In this document: positions 27,326-32,000 of the stretch, in pieces
Position numbering within the stretch: position 1 is the stretch's first letter
Layout: every line of letters begins with the position of its first letter
Source of the DNA: Pasteurella multocida
GTDB lineage: Bacteria; Pseudomonadota; Gammaproteobacteria; Enterobacterales; Pasteurellaceae
NCBI RefSeq assembly: GCF_900187275.1
Contig: NZ_LT906458.1
Location: forward strand, 1,950,001-1,982,000
DNA length: 32,000 nt
Direction: 5' to 3'
Made by a program: the position numbers and the translations under genes
Notes under the pieces: model-generated
What the model was told of the DNA's origin: nothing
Seen by the model: the letters and a program-made list of their open reading frames with translations, nothing else
Database searches by the model: none

Positions 27326-27413
27326 TTAGTTTCCTACGTCAGTGTTAGCTGTATCAGGTTCACGGGTATCATCTCAGCTTTGTACAATTTGGTTACAAAG
27401 CACCCCGACTAAA
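27326..27413 (-). promoter_or_regulatory. TPP (THI-box) riboswitch aptamer
   Basis: The minus-strand RNA is UUAGUCGGGGUGCUUUGUAACCAAAUUGUACAAAGCUGAGAUGAUACCCGUGAACCUGAUACAGCUAACACUGACGUAGGAAACUAA. It contains every conserved block of the family in the correct order: GGGGUGC, a P3 hairpin, CUGAGA, ACCC, ACCUGAU and CGUAGGAA. P1 is UUAGU/ACUAA. Confidence 0.9.
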
Positions 27414-27504
27414 GTGAAATAAGACTACCTTTTTTCGTCAAAAAGAGAAGAATTTTGTTAAAAAATTGTGATCTTTGTCACGGAATTAATCCTATGTTGC
27501 TTGT

Positions 27505-29154
27505 TTATTGTGCTGTGTTGTCTTTCTGTGGTTGTGCCTCTGGGGTATCGGCTTTAATCACGTCTAAACGTTCTGATTCTACGGCATGGTGTAGCAGTTC
27601 GACATTGGGCATGGTTTTGTTGGCTTTAGCAGAAAGATCTTTAAAACGTTCGACTTTACCGACCAGACCTTGCTGCCCAACCAATGCTGTCACGGTGCTG
27701 TTGTAATGGCTACTCGCAGAGGACAGGGTGTTGCCCAGTTTGCCTAAGCGTTCAGCAATGACACAGATTTGGTTGTAAATATCACCCGCCCGCGCGCTGA
27801 TCTCTTTCGCTTCGGCATTGCCTCGCTCAATTCGCCACAAGTTTGCCACGGTGCGTAAAATTGGCATAAGGGTCGTGTGGGATACTAAAATGACGTTTTT
27901 CTCATAACCGTAATTAAACAACGTTGGATCCATTTTCATGGCTTCAATGTAGGCAGGTTCGACGGCAATAAACATCAGTACAAAATTCGGGCTACGCATG
28001 CCAATTAAATTGCTGTAATCCTTGCGTGAAAGGTCATCAATATGGTTCTTGATCGCTTTAATATGTTCTCGCAATTTATTTTGGCGTTTGAGATCATCTT
28101 CTGCATTGACCGCACTTTCATAAGCAACAAGCGACATTTTGCTATCGATGATTAAATGTTTGTTATCAGGTAAATTCAGCACAAAATCGGGGTAATTGTG
28201 TTTCCCCTCGCCGTCTTTGAAATGCGCTTGAGCGCTGTAATGTTCTCCTTCTAACAAGCCCGCTAATTGCAAGGCACGTTCCAGTTGTACCTCGCCCCAG
28301 TTGCCTAAGGTTTTCTTTTCACCTTTTAAGGCAGAGGTGAGGTTATCTGCTTGTTGCGACATATTTAAGCCGATTTCTAACACTTTTTTGATTTCTGCCT
28401 CTAAGCCGGCATTGCCTTTCACCGATTCAGAATGGATTTCATTGACCCGTTTTTGGAACCCTTCGATTTGTTCACGGAACGGTTTAAGCAAGCTATCTAG
28501 CGCAGTTTGATTGCTTTGGCTAAAGCTACGGCTTTTTTCGTCTAAAATGCGGTTAGCGAGGTTTTGAAATTCAGTGCTCAGTTGTTGCTTACTTTGTTCG
28601 ATATGTTGTTGTTGCTCAGCAAAGTGTTTTTCTTTTTCGCTTAAGGTAGTTTTGAGTTCCGTCAATTCTTGCGAAAGTGCGGTCAATTTTGCCACTAATT
28701 CCTGATTTTCTTGTTCTTTACGGGTGAAATTGGCTTGGCTATGTTCAAGTTGTTTTGCCAAACTTTCCGCTTGAGCAGAGGCAATCCCAAAGCGTTCTTT
28801 GAGTGCGGTGATTTTTTCCGCAATGTCATTATGGCGAGCTTGTTCCTCATCTAACTCTTTTTGCAAATAGGCTAATTTGTCATCACGCTCAATCAAACGC
28901 ACTTGTAAACCTTCTGCGGTGGTTTGATATTTCACCACATGTTGTTCCAATTGATTTTTGGCTTGTTGAACCGCCTCAAATTTGCTTAATAATTGATTAA
29001 AATCCTCAATGGTTTTATTGAGATCCTGTTGTAGCTCTTGGCTATCACGTTGACGACGCGCGCTGATAAAAAATAGCACCACGCAACTGATGATAAGGAC
29101 AGCGATAATGAGCAAATATTGTGTGGTAGTGAGTTCAGACATGCGATTGACCAT
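27505..29154 (-). CDS. rmuC: DNA recombination protein RmuC
   Basis: 549 aa with an N-terminal membrane anchor (YLLIIAVLIISCVVLFF), a long Q/E/K-rich coiled coil and a C-terminal RmuC nuclease-like domain (NYPDFVLNLPDNKHLIIDSKMSLVAYE, NFVLMFIAVEPAY). The start could be 29154 or 29142. Confidence 0.88.
   Translation of the reverse strand: MVNRMSELTTTQYLLIIAVLIISCVVLFFISARRQRDSQELQQDLNKTIEDFNQLLSKFEAVQQAKNQLEQHVVKYQTTAEGLQVRLIERDDKLAYLQKELDEEQARHNDIAEKITALKERFGIASAQAESLAKQLEHSQANFTRKEQENQELVAKLTALSQELTELKTTLSEKEKHFAEQQQHIEQSKQQLSTEFQNLANRILDEKSRSFSQSNQTALDSLLKPFREQIEGFQKRVNEIHSESVKGNAGLEAEIKKVLEIGLNMSQQADNLTSALKGEKKTLGNWGEVQLERALQLAGLLEGEHYSAQAHFKDGEGKHNYPDFVLNLPDNKHLIIDSKMSLVAYESAVNAEDDLKRQNKLREHIKAIKNHIDDLSRKDYSNLIGMRSPNFVLMFIAVEPAYIEAMKMDPTLFNYGYEKNVILVSHTTLMPILRTVANLWRIERGNAEAKEISARAGDIYNQICVIAERLGKLGNTLSSASSHYNSTVTALVGQQGLVGKVERFKDLSAKANKTMPNVELLHHAVESERLDVIKADTPEAQPQKDNTAQ
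28109..28117 (-). repeat. USS core (ACCGCACTT)
   Basis: Exact 9-mer, inside rmuC. Confidence 0.9.
28675..28683 (+). repeat. USS core (AAGTGCGGT)
   Basis: Exact 9-mer, inside rmuC. Confidence 0.9.
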
Positions 29155-29247
29155 TTTTGAAGAAAGTTAATTAGCGTTTAAAGTATAAAGGAATCTGGTG
29201 GATTTATCCTAACAGGTTATAATCTTTTTTATTTAGTCGGTGATCTT

Positions 29248-29850
29248 ATGACAGATTTTCAATTTTATCTTGCCTCTAACAGCCCACGCCGAGCGCAAAT
29301 TTTACAACAGTTAGGTTTTCGCTTTGCTTTGTGTTGTTGCGAGATTGATGAAACCCCGTTGCCTGATGAAAAAGGTGCTGATTATGTATTGCGTATGGCA
29401 ATCGAAAAAAACAACGCCGCACGCCAACAGTGGCAACAGGCAAAATTTTCGCAAAATAGACCGCACTTGCCTTTCCTTTCCGCCGACACATCGGTGATTT
29501 TAGGGGATAAAATTTTAGGTAAACCTAAAAATGAAGCTGACGCGAGAGCGATGTTGCGAGCCTTATCGGCGAGAACACATCAAGTGATCACAGCAGTATG
29601 TGTGGCAGATGAAAACCGAATGCAAACGGTGATACAAACGAGCCACGTGCGTTTTAAAGTGCTGACGGAAAAGGAAATTCAAGGCTACATAGCCACTGGT
29701 GAGCCGATGGATAAAGCTGGTGCCTATGGTATTCAACAACTTGGTGGCGTTTTTGTTGAACACATTGAGGGCAGTTTTAGCGGGGTGATGGGGTTGCCGG
29801 TGTGTGAAACGGTGGCATTGTTGAAAGCCTTTGGGGTAGAATTGTTTTAA
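29248..29850 (+). CDS. maf: Maf-family nucleoside triphosphate pyrophosphatase
   Basis: 200 aa with LASNSPRRAQIL, DTSVILGDKILGKP and KAGAYGIQ motifs. Confidence 0.88.
   Translation: MTDFQFYLASNSPRRAQILQQLGFRFALCCCEIDETPLPDEKGADYVLRMAIEKNNAARQQWQQAKFSQNRPHLPFLSADTSVILGDKILGKPKNEADARAMLRALSARTHQVITAVCVADENRMQTVIQTSHVRFKVLTEKEIQGYIATGEPMDKAGAYGIQQLGGVFVEHIEGSFSGVMGLPVCETVALLKAFGVELF
29460..29468 (-). repeat. USS core (ACCGCACTT)
   Basis: Exact 9-mer, inside maf. Confidence 0.9.
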
Positions 29851-29867
29851 TTTCATTGAGGAACACC

Positions 29868-30425
29868 ATGAGCGAACGCCTTTTTCAACACAAAAAACAA
29901 CAAGAACATTGCCCTCGTTGCGATGCTGTATTACAGCTGAAGCAAGGAAAAAAAGGGTTGTTTTTGGGCTGTTCGGCGTATCCAGCATGTGATTATATTA
30001 AGCCACTTTCATTTCAATCAGAAAGTAAAATCATTAAAGTCTTAGAGGAAACCTGTCCTGAATGCCGACATCCTTTGGTATTGAAACAAGGGCATTTTGG
30101 CATGTTTATTGGTTGTAGCCACTATCCAGAATGCCATTTTGTGGTGCATGACGAACCCGAGGAACAAGCAGAAGAAACGATCCCTTGTCCCGATTGCCAA
30201 CAAGGCGGATTGGTGGCTCGTCGTGGTCGTCAGGGCAAAGTCTTTTATGGCTGTGATCGCTTTCCTCATTGCAAATTTACCTTAGCGGCTAAGCCCTATT
30301 TGGTCGCCTGTCCAGCGTGTGGGAGTTCAGTTTGTACCTTGAAAAAAGAAACGGACACTCAGCGCACTTTTCAATGTGCGAACAAACGTTGTCGCCATAT
30401 TTTTAACTCGGAAATCACATCTTAA
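29868..30425 (+). CDS. yrdD: topoisomerase-type zinc-ribbon protein (YrdD family)
   Basis: Three repeats of CP.C...F.GCS.YP.C (topo I C4 zinc ribbon) plus a fourth CxxC...CxxxxC unit. The ATG at 29868 is preceded by GAGGA; the track start at 29856 is a TTG. Synteny yrdD-tsaC-aroE is as in E. coli. Confidence 0.8.
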   Translation: MSERLFQHKKQQEHCPRCDAVLQLKQGKKGLFLGCSAYPACDYIKPLSFQSESKIIKVLEETCPECRHPLVLKQGHFGMFIGCSHYPECHFVVHDEPEEQAEETIPCPDCQQGGLVARRGRQGKVFYGCDRFPHCKFTLAAKPYLVACPACGSSVCTLKKETDTQRTFQCANKRCRHIFNSEITS

Positions 30426-30976
30426 TGAACATTCAACAAATCGTCGAACAACTTAAACAAAATGAAGTCGTCGCCTATCCGACCGAAGCGGTCTTTGGTT
30501 TAGGTTGTAATCCCAATAGCGAAAGTGCGGTGCAAAAATTATTGGTGTTGAAACAACGCCCCGTCGAAAAAGGGCTGATTTTAGTCGCGCCTTGTTTGGA
30601 CTATTTCTTGCCCTTTATAGACACCACAGCATTTAGCCAAGCCGATTGGGATCGTTTACAGGCTAAATATGATCGCCCTACGACGTGGGTTGTGCCAGCG
30701 AAAACGACGACGCCCAAATTTTTAACAGGACAGTTTGACAGCATTGCGGTGCGTTTATGTGATCATCCGGCTGTGAAACAGCTGTGCGAACAAGCCGGTT
30801 TTGCGTTGACTTCAACCAGTGCCAATTTGACGACTTTGCCACCTTGTCGTACGGCAGAAGAAGTCAAAACACAATTCGGGGCGGATTTTCCGGTATTGGA
30901 TTTGCCTGTGGGAGAAGCAACCAATCCTTCTGAAATTCGTGATCTTTTTACTCATCAACTGTTTAGACAAGGTTAA
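30425..30976 (+). CDS. tsaC: L-threonylcarbamoyladenylate synthase (t6A37 pathway)
   Basis: 183 aa YrdC-domain protein ([23 protein letters not shown]). The ATG overlaps the yrdD stop (TAATG). Confidence 0.9.
   Translation: MNIQQIVEQLKQNEVVAYPTEAVFGLGCNPNSESAVQKLLVLKQRPVEKGLILVAPCLDYFLPFIDTTAFSQADWDRLQAKYDRPTTWVVPAKTTTPKFLTGQFDSIAVRLCDHPAVKQLCEQAGFALTSTSANLTTLPPCRTAEEVKTQFGADFPVLDLPVGEATNPSEIRDLFTHQLFRQG
30523..30531 (+). repeat. USS core (AAGTGCGGT)
   Basis: Exact 9-mer, inside tsaC. Confidence 0.9.
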
Positions 30977-31789
<813 letters not shown>

Positions 31790-31802
31790 AAAAACTGCAA
31801 AA

Positions 31803-31840
31803 AAACACCGCACTTTTATACAAAGGCGGTGGTTTTTTGT
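31803..31840 (+). terminator. rho-independent terminator after aroE, built on a USS
   Basis: CACCGC (31806-31811) pairs with GCGGTG (31826-31831) and is followed by GTTTTTTG. The USS core ACCGCACTT at 31807-31815 forms the 5' arm. Confidence 0.7.
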
Positions 31841-31853
31841 TGCCAAGCGGGGA

Positions 31854-32000
31854 TTAGAGACCCGGCGCTTTCCACAGCGAAGTGGTTAATCCGCTATCAA
31901 CCAGCTGTAACTGTTTGGCATAGACATCAGCCCATTTTGCTTTATGTTTCTGATAAAGTTGATAATTCTCTGGATTCGGTTGGTGTTGACGTTCAAATTT
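31854..32000 (-). CDS. C-terminal 48 codons of an unidentified protein (5' part beyond the right window edge)
   Basis: My own minus-strand translation gives [48 protein letters not shown], open from position 32000 to the stop (complement of 31854-31856). I do not recognise a family. Confidence 0.45.
   Translation of the reverse strand, partial: KFERQHQPNPENYQLYQKHKAKWADVYAKQLQLVDSGLTTSLWKAPGL

Noticed and set aside
27505-29154. Functional link between rmuC (reported to limit inversion at short inverted repeats) and the inverted-repeat element 3.4 kb away
   Set aside because: rmuC is a conserved housekeeping gene with its own promoter and orientation context. The proximity is most simply coincidence, and nothing in the sequence ties the two together.

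Overview
The window looks like a Pasteurellaceae chromosome segment. It has 18 perfect Hin-type uptake signal cores (AAGTGCGGT/ACCGCACTT), and its proteins closely resemble Haemophilus/Pasteurella-type Asd, Tkt and Thi proteins as I remember them. The species cannot be determined without a database search. Gene content, left to right: (1) pldB (partial), asd, tkt and a Cof-type HAD hydrolase. (2) A 13-gene minus-strand operon (18175 down to 5447) for 2,3-diketo-L-gulonate/L-xylulose catabolism, in the order yiaK-yiaL-yiaMNO(TRAP)-[ABC ATPase-permease-binding protein-SMP30 lactonase]-lyxK-sgbH-sgbU-sgbE. The bracketed four genes are absent from the E. coli yiaK-S layout as I recall it. (3) The divergent IclR-type regulator yiaJ, which carries an in-frame TAA. 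(4) yqhA. (5) Eight co-directional thiamine salvage genes (thiZ-thiX-tenA-thiY, a 486-bp spacer, then thiM-thiD-thiE-MFS) with one clear TPP riboswitch at the 5' end. (6) rmuC, then maf-yrdD-tsaC-aroE and a partial unknown gene. I saw no transposase, integrase, phage gene, CRISPR array, tRNA or rRNA. The most unusual object is a 422-bp element filling the thiY-thiM spacer (23642-24063). It is bounded by ~70-bp inverted repeats, and each repeat ends in a perfect 13-bp hairpin maintained by three compensatory base-pair changes. Each arm also opens with ATG and can be read outward as a 32/33-codon Phe-rich then Lys-rich ORF. The arms also resemble the 5' half of a THI-box. Its nature is unresolved (MITE-like, invertible segment, structured RNA pair, small toxin-like peptides or riboswitch relic).
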